64,000 nucleotides of DNA from the NCBI GenBank assembly GCA_963846575.1, contig CAWJWJ010000002.1, positions 608,001 to 672,000 on the forward strand. Direction: 5' to 3'. Shown piece by piece: positions 33,897-44,571 of the stretch (the stretch's first letter is position 1; every line of letters begins with the position of its first letter). Made by a program: the position numbers and the translations under genes. The notes beneath the pieces were generated by a model. It was given only the letters and a program-made list of their open reading frames with translations. It searched no databases and was not told where the DNA came from. The DNA comes from an uncultured Nitrospiraceae bacterium. Its GTDB lineage: Bacteria; Nitrospirota; Nitrospiria; Nitrospirales; Nitrospiraceae.

Positions 33897-34687
33897 AGCT
33901 CTGGGCTATTGTCAGGGGCACGCTGGTGGTTGCTCTGTGTATGGTGGGGCCTGCTCTGTCGGTGAACGCAACGGAACGGGATACGCTGTTGACCGATCCC
34001 GGCGTGTACGGGACCTTTGCCTCATTCCAGGTGGATCACGACTGGTGGGATCTCACGGGCGAAGCGCGCGTCATCGCGGTGTCTGAAGCGAAAGGATTGA
34101 TCGAACAATTCTCGAACAAGATCGTAATCGACTCCTACCTTCTGCGCGGGCTCTCGGACCATGCCGATTTTATGTTGAGGGTGCATGCCCATGCATTGGC
34201 GGATACGCAACAGTTTCTGACCTCATTATTGGGCACACGTTTCGGGCGTCATCTCGTGGCAGTCGACTATCTGCACGGCCTCACCAGGAAGGTCGCGTAT
34301 GTGCCTGGATTTCCCGATCAGATGAAGAAGGACCTGCAGGCACCGAGCGACCCCGGGGCCAAGTCCTATGCGATCGTGATTCCAATCAGAAAAGACGCCG
34401 ACTGGTGGGCTTTGGATCAGAACACGCGCGTGACGCTCATGCAGGAACACACCCAGGCGGCGCTTCCCTATTTGAATGCCGTCAAACGGAAACTGTATCA
34501 CTCCAGTGGTCTCGATGACTTCGACTTCATTACCTATTTTGAGACGGAAAAACTCGACGAGTTTCACGACCTCATCCGGGCACTCGAACAGGTGAAGGAA
34601 TTCCGCCACAACCGACGATTCGGGCATCCAACACTGCTGGGGACCGTCAGGTCGCTGGACGACATTCTTGAATTGTTCGCGCGGTAG
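33893..34687 (+). CDS. cld: Chlorite dismutase (long periplasmic clade-1 type)
   Basis: Signal peptide; IPIRKDADWW, proximal His in QEHT, KRKLYHS with distal Arg, DFITYFET; closely resembles the Nitrospira Cld as I recall it. Confidence 0.93.
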   Translation: MKLWAIVRGTLVVALCMVGPALSVNATERDTLLTDPGVYGTFASFQVDHDWWDLTGEARVIAVSEAKGLIEQFSNKIVIDSYLLRGLSDHADFMLRVHAHALADTQQFLTSLLGTRFGRHLVAVDYLHGLTRKVAYVPGFPDQMKKDLQAPSDPGAKSYAIVIPIRKDADWWALDQNTRVTLMQEHTQAALPYLNAVKRKLYHSSGLDDFDFITYFETEKLDEFHDLIRALEQVKEFRHNRRFGHPTLLGTVRSLDDILELFAR

Positions 34688-34700
34688 TGGAGGAGAAAGA

Positions 34701-35414
34701 ATGACGGTTGAACCTGCGGGCACGATGATTTATGAAGGCAAGGCCAAGAAGATTTTTACGACCGATCGGCCGGACCAGGTGTTGCAGTACTTCAAGGACG
34801 ATGCGACGGCATTCAATGCTCAGAAGCGCGGCACTATTGTCGACAAGGGCGTAGTGAACAATAAGGTGTCCGAACGGCTGTTCCGTCTACTGGAGCAGCA
34901 GGGGGTGCCGACGCACTTCATTGACCGGGTGAGCGACCGCGAGATGCTCACCAAGAGAGTGACGATTGTACCGGTCGAGGTGGTGGTCCGGAACGTGGTC
35001 GCGGGGAGTCTCTCCAAGCGTCTCGGCTTGAAAGAAGGCGCCGCCATCGAGCCGGCGATCATTGAGTTTTATTTCAAAGACGATGCCTTGGGCGATCCGT
35101 TAGTGAATGATGATCATCTTCGTTTATTGAATGTGGCGACTCCGGCTGTCTTGCGGGAGATGCGAGAGCTGGGCCAGAAAATCAATGCGGTATTGCGGCC
35201 GTTCTTCAGTGAACGACACCTGATCCTGGTTGATTTCAAATTGGAGTTCGGCGTCTTTCACAACCGGCTGATCCTGGCGGACGAGATTTCTCCCGACACC
35301 TGTCGCTTCTGGGATCAGACCACGAAGGAATCGATGGATAAAGATCGATTCCGCAAGGACATGGGTAAGATCGAAGAGGCCTATCAGGAGGTGTTAAAGC
35401 GAGTGTGCGGGTAG
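34701..35414 (+). CDS. purC: SAICAR synthase
   Basis: YEGKAK, FKDDATAFN, DFKLEFG, DEISPDTCRFWD. Confidence 0.98.
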   Translation: MTVEPAGTMIYEGKAKKIFTTDRPDQVLQYFKDDATAFNAQKRGTIVDKGVVNNKVSERLFRLLEQQGVPTHFIDRVSDREMLTKRVTIVPVEVVVRNVVAGSLSKRLGLKEGAAIEPAIIEFYFKDDALGDPLVNDDHLRLLNVATPAVLREMRELGQKINAVLRPFFSERHLILVDFKLEFGVFHNRLILADEISPDTCRFWDQTTKESMDKDRFRKDMGKIEEAYQEVLKRVCG

Positions 35415-35540
35415 GAGTCGTGAGGAATGCTTGTGTGTGCGCGTAAAGGCGCAGTCGCGAAGGATTTTCCGAGACCCTGACTTGGCTGTTCCTTTGCTCC
35501 TGTCGGCTGCTGGATTTGGGCGGTGGGAGTGTGAAGAGAA

Positions 35541-35768
35541 ATGAATCGGTTTCTCCAACTGTTTCTCAACTATGGCCTGGTGGCGGCGATCTTAGTGTGG
35601 GCGGCCACGGTCGCATTAATGGCCTATCACCTCAAGGAGTCGCCCTGGCGCTGGGTCTTTATTCTACTGTCGCTGGCAGGACTCGGGACCATCGGCGTCA
35701 TTTTTTGGATCAGGAAGTACGTCAATAAGGTGTCGAACGCGAAGCAGGGAATGGGGAAGGCACGATGA
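35541..35768 (+). CDS. Small two-TM membrane protein
   Basis: Two hydrophobic segments; stop overlaps the purS start (ATGA). Confidence 0.7.
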   Translation: MNRFLQLFLNYGLVAAILVWAATVALMAYHLKESPWRWVFILLSLAGLGTIGVIFWIRKYVNKVSNAKQGMGKAR

Positions 35769-36004
35769 AAGCCAAGATTCATGTGACGTTGAAACAGGGC
35801 ATTCTTGATCCGCAGGGCAAGGCCATCGAACACGCGCTGGACTCACTGGGGTTCAAAAATGCGTCGAATATGCGAGTCGGCAAGTATATGGAACTGGATG
35901 TCAATGAATCGGATAGGGGTAAGGCGGAATCCCAAGTGAAAGCCATGTGTGAAAAGCTGCTGGCCAATACGGTCATCGAGGAGTATCGGTACGAGCTGCA
36001 ATAG
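35765..36004 (+). CDS. purS: FGAM synthase subunit PurS
   Basis: LDPQGKA, RVGK, LLANTVIE. Confidence 0.97.
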   Translation: MKAKIHVTLKQGILDPQGKAIEHALDSLGFKNASNMRVGKYMELDVNESDRGKAESQVKAMCEKLLANTVIEEYRYELQ

Positions 36005-36146
36005 TGTTCGCCGGGATAGCAGGGCCTGGCTCCTCCATCGCAGAACGTATGAGTCACAGCCTTCGCTCCATCTGTGAAGGGCGCCAATTCGCCGGCCCTT
36101 CGATGTGCGTGACAGCTCAGGGAACACGGAGGGCAAGACAGCAAAT

Positions 36147-36869
36147 ATGAAAATCGGTGTGGTGGTATTCCCGGGTAGTAATTGCGATCACGACTGCCAA
36201 TATGTCTTCGGTCACCTGCTCGGTCAGCAGGTGGAAATGATCTGGCACAAAGAAACTCTGCCCGAGAGCTTGGACGCTGTTGTGCTGCCGGGCGGGTTTT
36301 CTTACGGGGACTACCTACGGACCGGCGCCATCGCGCGCTTTTCGCCGGTTATGGGTGCCGTGAAGGAATTTGCCCGTAAGGGCGGGTTGGTGATCGGCAT
36401 CTGCAATGGATTTCAGATTCTGTTAGAGGCCGGTTTGTTGCCGGGGGTGATGCTGCGGAACACCTCGCTGAACTTCATCTGCAAGGATGTGTACATGAAG
36501 GTGGAGAATGCCTCAACCCGCTTCACGAATCGCTGCGCATCAGGCCAGGTGCTGAAGATTCCCATAGCACATGCCGACGGAAATTATTTTACCGACCCGG
36601 TCACGCTTGGCGGTATCAAAGCCAATGCCCAGGTCGTGCTGCGCTATTGCACCGCCGAGGGGAAAGTGTCGGCCGAGGCGAATCCAAATGGCTCGCTTGA
36701 CAACATCGCGGGACTTATAAACGCTGAGGGAAACGTGCTCGGCATGATGCCTCATCCAGAGCGCTCTGCAGAAGCGGTGTTGGGCAACGACGAGGGGCGC
36801 CTCATCTTTCTGTCGATGTTGAACTCCTTCGGAACATCTCAATTGCATCCCAGATTGGTAAGGGCGTAA
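36147..36869 (+). CDS. purQ: FGAM synthase subunit PurQ
   Basis: [30 protein letters not shown]. Confidence 0.98.
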   Translation: MKIGVVVFPGSNCDHDCQYVFGHLLGQQVEMIWHKETLPESLDAVVLPGGFSYGDYLRTGAIARFSPVMGAVKEFARKGGLVIGICNGFQILLEAGLLPGVMLRNTSLNFICKDVYMKVENASTRFTNRCASGQVLKIPIAHADGNYFTDPVTLGGIKANAQVVLRYCTAEGKVSAEANPNGSLDNIAGLINAEGNVLGMMPHPERSAEAVLGNDEGRLIFLSMLNSFGTSQLHPRLVRA

Positions 36870-36933
36870 AGCTGGCCCGGAGCAGTTCTGGCGGAATCAT
36901 CAGTAACCTTAGATAACTGAGACTGTGTAACCC

Positions 36934-39180
36934 ATGAAATCACCCGTCATTACTCAAGCCGTTCTGGCGCAGCACAAGCTAACGGAAGAGGAGTACAAGA
37001 AAATTCTGGAGATCCTTGGACGGGAGCCGAACTGGACCGAACTGGGGATGTTCTCCGCCATGTGGAGTGAGCATTGTTCGTATAAGAGCTCGCGCATTCA
37101 CCTGAAGAAACTGCCGACGAGCGGGCCACGCGTTGTCCAGGGACCGGGTGAAAACGCCGGTGCGGTGGATATCGGTGACGGCCTTTGCGCTGTTTTCAAG
37201 ATGGAATCTCACAACCATCCCTCGTTTATTGAGCCCTATCAGGGTGCGGCGACAGGTGTGGGCGGGATTCTTCGCGACATTTTTACGATGGGCGCCAGGC
37301 CAATTGCGCTCTTGAACTCCTTGAGATTTGGTGGCCTGGACAATGCTAATACCCGGCATCTGCTCAAAGGTGTCGTGTCCGGTATTGCCGGCTATGGGAA
37401 CTGCATGGGCGTGCCGACGGTCGGTGGGGAGATTGTGTTCAATGACATCTATGCCCTGAACCCATTGGTGAACGTGTTCTGTCTGGGAATTGCCAAGAAG
37501 GATAAGATTTTTCTGGGCAAGGCGGCAGGGATCGGCAATCCGGTGATCTATTTTGGTTCGAAGACCGGACGTGACGGCATCCACGGCGCCACGATGGCCT
37601 CGGATTCCTTCGATGAACAAGCGATGCAGAAGCGGCCCACTGTCCAGGTCGGGGATCCTTTCACTGAAAAGCTGCTGCTGGAAGCTTGCTTGGAACTCAT
37701 GTCCGGCGATTGCCTGGTTGGGATTCAGGACATGGGTGCCGCCGGGCTGACGAGTTCGGCCTGTGAAATGGCGTCGCGGGAAGGAACCGGCATCGAACTG
37801 GAATTGTCTCACGTGCCACGCCGTGAGCCGGGCATGACACCCTATGAGGTAATGCTCTCCGAGTCGCAAGAGCGCATGTTGATGGTGGCCAAGGCCGGGC
37901 GAGAAGACGAGGTCATCGAGATCTGCCGGAAATGGGACCTTGATGTGGCGGTGATTGGACAGGTGACCGATACGGGCAGGGTGGTCCTGAAGGACAACGG
38001 GCTGGTGGTTGCCGATATCCCCGCCAAAGCGTTGGCGGAGGAAGGCCCGCGGTATGACCGACCCAGTGCGCCGCCTGCCTATCAGGACATGCTGCAGGCT
38101 TTGAACTTTGATGCACTGCCGGATGTGAAGGATGCGAATGCCGCGCTGCTGGCCTTATTGGACTCACCCTCCATTGCCAGCAAACGGTGGGTCTACGAAC
38201 AGTACGACCATATGGTGCGGACCAACACGATGGTACGGCCCGGCTCCGATGCCGCCGTGCTGCGAGTCAAGGGAACGGAGAAGGCCCTGGCCCTCTCGGT
38301 TGACTGTAACGCACGTTATTGCCTGTTGAACCCTTACGAGGGCGCGAAGATTGCCATCGCCGAATGCGCGCGCAATCTCGCCTGTTCAGGAGCGGAACCA
38401 ATTGGCGTGACCGATTGCCTGAATTTTGGAAATCCTCAGCGCCCGGAGGTTATGTGGCAGTTCATTCTCGCCATCGAAGGATTGAAGGATGCCTGCGAGG
38501 CATTGGGGGTGCCGATCGTGAGCGGCAATGTGAGTTTCTATAACGAAACGAACGAGCTCTCCATCTACCCCACGCCAATGATTGGCATGGTCGGTTTAAT
38601 CGAGCCGGCCGATCGCGCGGTCACCCAGTGGTTCAAGCAGACGGGCGACGCGGTTATCCTGTTAGGAAGTACCCGTGAAGACCTGGGCGGGACGGAATAT
38701 CTGAAGGTGCTGCACCATCGCGAACAAGGCTCCCCCCCATTGTTAAGCCTGGACACTGAGAAGGCCGTCCAGGCCTGCACGATTCGACTCATCCGAGAAG
38801 GGTTGGTGCAGTCGGCCCACGACTGTTCCGATGGCGGACTGGCCGTGGCTTTAGCGGAATGTTGCATCTCCGGTTCGAATGAGCAGCTGGGCGCTGTGGT
38901 ACAATTACCCCTTAATGGGCTGCGTTGCGATGCCTTGTTTTTTGGAGAAAGCCAATCTCGGGTTGTGCTGTCTGTCAGACCAGATCACCTCGAACGGGTG
39001 TTGACCCTTTGTCGCGAGGCCGGTGTGCCTGCCGGACATATTGGTGCCGTCGGAGGTAATCGACTGGTCATTCAAGCGGACGGCAAGACTTCTGGTGGCG
39101 ACTGCAGAATTGACCTGGACCTTATAACATTGCATGACCGATGGGCGCAGGCCATTCCCAGGGCGTTAGGTCAAGGCTAG
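36934..39180 (+). CDS. purL: FGAM synthase subunit PurL
   Basis: [29 protein letters not shown]. Confidence 0.98.
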   Translation: MKSPVITQAVLAQHKLTEEEYKKILEILGREPNWTELGMFSAMWSEHCSYKSSRIHLKKLPTSGPRVVQGPGENAGAVDIGDGLCAVFKMESHNHPSFIEPYQGAATGVGGILRDIFTMGARPIALLNSLRFGGLDNANTRHLLKGVVSGIAGYGNCMGVPTVGGEIVFNDIYALNPLVNVFCLGIAKKDKIFLGKAAGIGNPVIYFGSKTGRDGIHGATMASDSFDEQAMQKRPTVQVGDPFTEKLLLEACLELMSGDCLVGIQDMGAAGLTSSACEMASREGTGIELELSHVPRREPGMTPYEVMLSESQERMLMVAKAGREDEVIEICRKWDLDVAVIGQVTDTGRVVLKDNGLVVADIPAKALAEEGPRYDRPSAPPAYQDMLQALNFDALPDVKDANAALLALLDSPSIASKRWVYEQYDHMVRTNTMVRPGSDAAVLRVKGTEKALALSVDCNARYCLLNPYEGAKIAIAECARNLACSGAEPIGVTDCLNFGNPQRPEVMWQFILAIEGLKDACEALGVPIVSGNVSFYNETNELSIYPTPMIGMVGLIEPADRAVTQWFKQTGDAVILLGSTREDLGGTEYLKVLHHREQGSPPLLSLDTEKAVQACTIRLIREGLVQSAHDCSDGGLAVALAECCISGSNEQLGAVVQLPLNGLRCDALFFGESQSRVVLSVRPDHLERVLTLCREAGVPAGHIGAVGGNRLVIQADGKTSGGDCRIDLDLITLHDRWAQAIPRALGQG

Positions 39181-39191
39181 GATACTGATTC

Positions 39192-40622
39192 ATGCCGAGA
39201 GACTTACCACTGATTTCTCCAGATAAATTCCATGATGAGTGCGCCGTCTTTGGTATATACGGCCACAAGGAAGCAGCCAATCTCGCCTATCTCGGCCTGT
39301 ACGCTCTCCAACATCGAGGCCAAGAAGCGTCTGGAATCGTCTCCAACGACGGGGAGCATTTTTATATCGAGAAGGGTCAGGGCCATGTGGCTGACGTGTT
39401 TTCCCAGCAAATCCTGGCGGGGCTGCCAGGGACAATGGCGATCGGTCACAATCGTTATTCCACGGCCGGTGGAGCAGGGCTCAAGAATGTGCAGCCGTTG
39501 AGTGTCAATTTTGCATTCGGCAATCTGGCCGTGGCGCACAATGGAAACTTGATCAATGCCACCATGCTACGTAGCGAATTGGAGGCCTATGGCGCCATTT
39601 TCCAATCTACGTCGGATACGGAAGTCATCATTCATCTCATCGCCCATTCACGAGCGGATACCCTCCTCGATCGCGTTATCGATTCATTGACTCAGGTTCG
39701 CGGCGCTTTTTCGGTGGTCCTGATGACGGATCAGGGGATTATCGCCGCAAGAGACCCTCATGGATTCAGGCCGCTTTGTTTGGGGCGTTTTCGTGATGCC
39801 TGGATCGTGGCTTCCGAGAGCTGTGCGTTCGATTTGCTGGATGCCGAATATGTGCGGGAGATTGAACCAGGAGAGTTGGTGGTACTGGACCATCAGGGTG
39901 TCACAAGTTACAAGCCATTCGCGTCAACCACTCCGGCAATGTGCGTATTCGAATATGTGTACTTCTCCCGTCCCGATAGTCGAATTTTTGGTGGCCGCGC
40001 GGTCTATTCGATTAGAAAAGCCTTCGGGCGGCAATTGGCACAGGAATCCATGGTGTCGGCGGACATCGTAATTCCGGTTCCCGATTCCGGAGTGCCGGCA
40101 GCGCTTGGATTTTCAGAGGGATCGGGAATTCGTTTTGAGACCGGCCTCATTCGGAATCATTACGTGGGGCGAACCTTCATCGAACCGGAGCAGTCTATTC
40201 GCCACTTCGGGGTAAAGGTAAAGCTGAACGCAGTTCCTGAGGTCCTGGAGGGGAAACGTGTGATCGTGGTGGACGATTCGCTGGTTCGCGGAACTACAAG
40301 TCGAAAAATAGTGAAGATGTTGCGTCATGCCGGGGCAAAAGAAGTCCATATGCGGATCAGTTCCCCGCCAATTGTGTCACCTTGTTTTTACGGAATTGAC
40401 ACACCAACCAAGAAAGAGCTGATTGCCTCAAGTCACACAACCGAAGAAATCCGGAAGTACATCACTGCCGATAGCCTGGCCTATTTGAGTTTGGATGGAA
40501 TGTTGAAAGCCTCGCCGGGTGTCCCAGCGCAGTATTGCAATGCCTGCTTCACGGAACGGTACCCCATTTCGTTTACACGTGCCGAGGAACTTCAATTGGG
40601 TCTCTTCGAGTCCTCCCGCTAA
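39192..40622 (+). CDS. purF: Amidophosphoribosyltransferase
   Basis: Propeptide followed by catalytic Cys (DE-C), [23 protein letters not shown]. Confidence 0.98.
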   Translation: MPRDLPLISPDKFHDECAVFGIYGHKEAANLAYLGLYALQHRGQEASGIVSNDGEHFYIEKGQGHVADVFSQQILAGLPGTMAIGHNRYSTAGGAGLKNVQPLSVNFAFGNLAVAHNGNLINATMLRSELEAYGAIFQSTSDTEVIIHLIAHSRADTLLDRVIDSLTQVRGAFSVVLMTDQGIIAARDPHGFRPLCLGRFRDAWIVASESCAFDLLDAEYVREIEPGELVVLDHQGVTSYKPFASTTPAMCVFEYVYFSRPDSRIFGGRAVYSIRKAFGRQLAQESMVSADIVIPVPDSGVPAALGFSEGSGIRFETGLIRNHYVGRTFIEPEQSIRHFGVKVKLNAVPEVLEGKRVIVVDDSLVRGTTSRKIVKMLRHAGAKEVHMRISSPPIVSPCFYGIDTPTKKELIASSHTTEEIRKYITADSLAYLSLDGMLKASPGVPAQYCNACFTERYPISFTRAEELQLGLFESSR

Positions 40623-40702
40623 GACTTCCACGCGCCAGTCACCTGCTTGCGCGTAATCTAGGATCGTCTGGACTTCTCTTTCTGCCTTGTTACACTCCTG
40701 TC

Positions 40703-41146
40703 ATGTCCCTTGTTAGGAAATATCAATTGATCGCTGCCACTGGATTCGTGGTGGCTGCGATCCGAATCGCTTTGCGGATGACGAGTCTTCCGCGACTCTT
40801 AAGGTGGTTGACTTGCAAGGCAGTATCTCGAGGGCACGGTCCACTCGCAATGGAAGATGTTGCATACTACGTTGAACGCTGGCTTGCGCTGGCTCCGTAC
40901 AACTCCAAGGGAAACTGTCTTCCTCGTGCCTTGACTCTATATTGGTTTGCCCGCCGCGCCGGTGTCCCCGTCCAGTTTCAATGCGGTGTGATGAAGATTA
41001 GTGAAGGCATCGAGGGCCATGCCTGGTTGATGCTGGATGGGCGGGAGTTCTTTGAGCCATCACCGTACTGGCGTGACTTCACCGTGACGCTTAGTTTCCC
41101 TCCCATGCCCGTCCCGCGGAATACTCAAGCGTCGAATTCTAAGTAA
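40703..41146 (+). CDS. Lasso-type leader peptidase (B2, transglutaminase-like)
   Basis: NCLPRAL...GVPVQFQCGV...EGHAWLMLDG gives the Cys-His-Asp arrangement of lasso B2 proteins. Confidence 0.88.
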   Translation: MSLVRKYQLIAATGFVVAAIRIALRMTSLPRLLRWLTCKAVSRGHGPLAMEDVAYYVERWLALAPYNSKGNCLPRALTLYWFARRAGVPVQFQCGVMKISEGIEGHAWLMLDGREFFEPSPYWRDFTVTLSFPPMPVPRNTQASNSK

Positions 41147-41479
41147 GAGTCTCACTTTCCCTAGAAGCCTGGCCACGATTTTCCTGCGCCTCTCGTTTTA
41201 GTTCTCCTGTTCCCTGTGACACGATCTGTCTATCCTGAGCCTTCGCACAGATCGATTCAACAATCCATCCAACTGTGTCTTCACTCCGACGGCTCCCCCA
41301 AATGGGAGAGCCACCCCAACCTCACGGGAATAGATAAGGCATGGGTGAGAAAGTATGTTTGCCCTTCGGAGGCGAGGACAACGGCGACGGGCAGTGCTAT
41401 CGCTATGATTGCTGTCGCACCGCCGGGAAGAGCGTTCGCTATAGTAGTCGGTTTCATGGTCGTCGTATCAGGAGGGTGC

Positions 41480-41797
41480 ATGCCTGCCATTACACACGAT
41501 TCGGTTGATCGGATGGTCGAGTTGTCTCACCTTTTTCCAAAGCGAAACGAAGATGTACATAGCACGATGTTGGATGGAGAAAGCGTGTTGCTGAATCTCC
41601 ACACCGGACGCTATTACACCTTGAACGTCGTGGGATCGATTGTGTGGGATTTGTCTACGGGAGATCGGTCGCTCAACGAGGTTGTCGCGACTATCTGCGA
41701 AAAGTTTGATGTTACGGCTCGGCAAGCGCAAGACGATCTGCTTGATCTCGTCGTCGAACTTGATCAGGAAGGGCTCATTCAAACCGAAAGGAGGTGA
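41480..41797 (+). CDS. PqqD-family RiPP recognition element (B1/RRE)
   Basis: LDGESVLLNLHTGRYYTLNVVGSIVWDL...AQDDLLDLVVELDQEGLI; GGAGG RBS. Confidence 0.92.
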   Translation: MPAITHDSVDRMVELSHLFPKRNEDVHSTMLDGESVLLNLHTGRYYTLNVVGSIVWDLSTGDRSLNEVVATICEKFDVTARQAQDDLLDLVVELDQEGLIQTERR

Positions 41798-41802
41798 AGT
41801 AG

Positions 41803-41922
41803 ATGGATCAACAGAAGAAAACCGTTTATGTGAAGCCAACGCTTGTGAAGCACGAGTTGCTGCGCGATGTGACGGCTCTACAGCTTTCCCGCGTGCTCAA
41901 TGGAGAGCATCAGGTAACGTAA
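41803..41922 (+). CDS. Putative RiPP precursor, 39 aa: MDQQKKTVYVKPTLVKHELLRDVTA-LQLSRVLNGEHQVT
   Basis: Too short for the ORF track; RBS AAGGAGGTGA overlaps the RRE stop; leader matches YxxPxL-x9-T-x spacing; followed by a strong hairpin. Confidence 0.85.
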   Translation: MDQQKKTVYVKPTLVKHELLRDVTALQLSRVLNGEHQVT

Positions 41923-41948
41923 CGCCGACGCTTTGATGAGAGTGAGGG

Positions 41949-41983
41949 GGGAGTTGGTCGGTCTTCTCGACCGGCCAGCTCCC
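41949..41983 (+). terminator. Stem-loop after the precursor gene (terminator or mRNA stabiliser)
   Basis: GGGAGTTGGTCGGTC-TTCTC-GACCGGCCAGCTCCC, 15-bp stem including GU pairs, no U-tract. Confidence 0.7.
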
Positions 41984-42036
41984 GTCTGCGGAAGTGATGA
42001 GCATAGTAGCACGAGGGGCTGAAAGGAGAGTGGGTA

Positions 42037-43077
42037 ATGTCGATGACATTGGCAACAAATGAGCTTCTCCTCTCTGTCCATGGCATCGATCTGGTCTTTA
42101 CTACCAATTCTCCAGAGTTGGCGAATTCCGTGGCGGCGTTACTGCGTCATTTCCAATGCCAGGCTGTCAATGCGGACGCCATGCTGATGCAGTTTGATAG
42201 GGTCGAGTGTCGTGAGGACATCCCACTCCAGATTTCGAGCACCGCATCCTTATTGTACAGCGGCTCCGGCCTTATGATTGGGGGCAAGAGGAAGGCAACC
42301 TGGCTATGCGACATTTACTCGGAAGAGGGGAGATTGATCGCAGACTTCCACGAAGAAGGAGTCGTGGTTATCGATGGAACATCGCAATCTGTACTAGGAT
42401 ACCTTGTGCGGCCTGAGCTTATGGCGTCAGATATTCAGGTCAGTTTTGTGCACCTTGCCATGATCGAACTCCTCAAACGGAGAGGTCTATATACCTTTCA
42501 TGCCACGGCACTGGAAAAGAATGGGCGAGGCATCTTGATCCCCGGGTTCAGCGGAAGAGGTAAAACCACCTCGTTCCTATCCCTACTTAGAGCTGGATAT
42601 CGCTATATATCGGACGATCATCCATTCTTTCGACTTGCCGGTGATCGCGTGGAGATTCTGCCTTATCCACTCAAAATTAACGTAACCGAAAGTACCGTGT
42701 CGTACTTTCCCGAATTGCGTGATGCGCCGGCAACCGTTCTGCGCGCCGGTTCGCCTAAACGTTATTTTTACGTTGATGATGTATATCCTGGGCCCTTAGG
42801 AGCACCATGTGACGCAACGATGATTCTATTTCCCGAAATTGCTGACTCCGCTCATAGCTGCTTAGAGCCACTCTCGAAACGGCAATCGTTGGAATTGATC
42901 CTCCCGCATTCATTGCTCGTGTACGATGCACAAGTCGCTCGTCATGAATTTCAAGCGCTCGTTAAGTTGATCGATCAGGCAAGTTGTTACCGGTTGCACT
43001 TTGGGCGCGACGTTCTGGATTTGCCTTGGCTGGTGACGCCGCTCCTGGAGAATCAAACAATGAGGCGCGAGCACTGA
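42037..43077 (+). CDS. HPr-kinase-like P-loop kinase (RiPP tailoring candidate)
   Basis: FHATALEKNGRGILIPGFSGRGKTT and YISDD. Confidence 0.85.
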   Translation: MSMTLATNELLLSVHGIDLVFTTNSPELANSVAALLRHFQCQAVNADAMLMQFDRVECREDIPLQISSTASLLYSGSGLMIGGKRKATWLCDIYSEEGRLIADFHEEGVVVIDGTSQSVLGYLVRPELMASDIQVSFVHLAMIELLKRRGLYTFHATALEKNGRGILIPGFSGRGKTTSFLSLLRAGYRYISDDHPFFRLAGDRVEILPYPLKINVTESTVSYFPELRDAPATVLRAGSPKRYFYVDDVYPGPLGAPCDATMILFPEIADSAHSCLEPLSKRQSLELILPHSLLVYDAQVARHEFQALVKLIDQASCYRLHFGRDVLDLPWLVTPLLENQTMRREH

Positions 43078-43079
43078 GA

Positions 43080-44375
43080 ATGAGGAAACCTCTGCAGCCT
43101 ACGGCAATCCGCCGGAATCGATTTCAGTCAAGGGATAGTTCGCACAGGTGCATGACGCCAAATCCAGTAACATCTCAGATGCATCTGGAAGGTCGGCTCA
43201 TCGTGCTCTGTGCGCGGACGACGATCAATGAGTTTATCCGGGTTGAGGTCGAGGATTTGATCAGTGAGACCATCGATTGGGATCGCGTATGGCGGATGTC
43301 GAGGCAACAGGGAGTGGCGCCACTGGTGTATCGCACCCTGTCCTCCCTTTGCCCTTCGGTGGTACCGTCCCACATCCATAACGCCTTCCGTCGGCACATT
43401 CAGGCCAATACCCTTTTAAACAGTTTGCTTGTCAAAGAGTTAGTGGCCGTGATGGAGGGTTTGGCGGCAAAGGGCATTCGAGCCATTCCCTTCAAAGGCA
43501 TAACGCTCGCCATGACTGCCTATGGGGATCTTAGCCTGCGTGAATGCGCGGACTTGGATTTAATCGTCGAGCAAGGGGCAATCGCTCCGGCCAGGCAGGT
43601 ACTATGGTCCCAGGGTTATCAGCTCACTAGTCAGGATAGAGAACAAGCCAGTGAGAGCGATGAACCCTATCATTTCTTCCAGAAAAAGAACGGCATTATC
43701 GCCGTGGATCTTCAGTGGGTAATGGCCAGAAGCCACTTTTCCTTTCGACTGGACCGGAGCGAATTCTGGGCCAGGCTGAAGCCGGTGCATTTACCGGCAG
43801 GAAGTGTGATGGGCCTTAGCCCGGAAGATCTCCTAATCCTGCTTTGTGTGCATGGATCAAAGCACGCGTGGGAACAGTTAAAGTGGACCTGCGATGTGGC
43901 CGAGTTAGTCCGACGGCGACCGACGTTGGATTGGAGCCGGGTCCTATTTCAGGCGGACGAATGGGGTTGTCGTCGAATGGTGCTCCTGGGCCTGACGATG
44001 GCTAGAAACCTGTTCGGCACTGTGCTGCCAGGTGCTATTCTCCACGAAATTGAAATAGATGCAGATATCCCAACGCTGGTCCGCCACATGCCAAATCAGT
44101 TGCTGAAGGAATCTGATGTGGGCATTGATGAAGGTTGCGCGGATGCCCTGTATATGTCTATCAAGGATGCTTGGCTGGAACGTTGGAAGCTTGCTGCTGC
44201 GCTCTGCCGTGAGGACGCGAGCGTGCTCACCATGTCACTTTCTTGGTTCCGGCTGCAATCAAGGCTTCGGGTATTCTATGCATGCATTCAGCCACTCCAT
44301 CGGATTATCGTTAAGTGCGTGCCCTCCACTCGGATTCGCAAAGCGGTTGTTCGGTGGCTACATAACATTGGCTGA
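43080..44375 (+). CDS. Nucleotidyltransferase of the type found in lasso clusters (NTP_transf_5-like)
   Basis: PFKGITLA, YGDLSLRECADLDLIV, VDLQW, LCVHGSKH..LKWTCD. Confidence 0.85.
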   Translation: MRKPLQPTAIRRNRFQSRDSSHRCMTPNPVTSQMHLEGRLIVLCARTTINEFIRVEVEDLISETIDWDRVWRMSRQQGVAPLVYRTLSSLCPSVVPSHIHNAFRRHIQANTLLNSLLVKELVAVMEGLAAKGIRAIPFKGITLAMTAYGDLSLRECADLDLIVEQGAIAPARQVLWSQGYQLTSQDREQASESDEPYHFFQKKNGIIAVDLQWVMARSHFSFRLDRSEFWARLKPVHLPAGSVMGLSPEDLLILLCVHGSKHAWEQLKWTCDVAELVRRRPTLDWSRVLFQADEWGCRRMVLLGLTMARNLFGTVLPGAILHEIEIDADIPTLVRHMPNQLLKESDVGIDEGCADALYMSIKDAWLERWKLAAALCREDASVLTMSLSWFRLQSRLRVFYACIQPLHRIIVKCVPSTRIRKAVVRWLHNIG

Positions 44376-44571
44376 CGGCAGATTTCTCACCCGAAACGAA
44401 CCGCTCCCGTTCTTCTCAGCATGTGCTCCATTCTAAGTGGTTGCTCCCGAAAAAATTCGCATGCTAGGATGCCCCATGTGCCGATAGGGTTTATTGCTGA
44501 ACGTTGACCGCGGAATCAAAGAGACGGGGCATTCTTCGGTCCAGGATCCGGGCCCCCGGAAGGAGGTTCTT

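Noticed and set aside
41216..41479. N-terminal extension of the PqqD ORF (193 aa)
   Set aside because: ATG 41480 has a GGAGG SD and gives a normal-sized RRE; the upstream part looks non-coding or repeat-derived
41480..41797. PQQ biosynthesis gene
   Set aside because: No pqqB/C/E or ExxxY precursor nearby; the neighbours are lasso-type genes
41640..41936. 98-aa ORF-track call spanning the RRE end and the precursor
   Set aside because: Alternative frame with no RBS; the 41803-41922 frame has the SD and the leader motif
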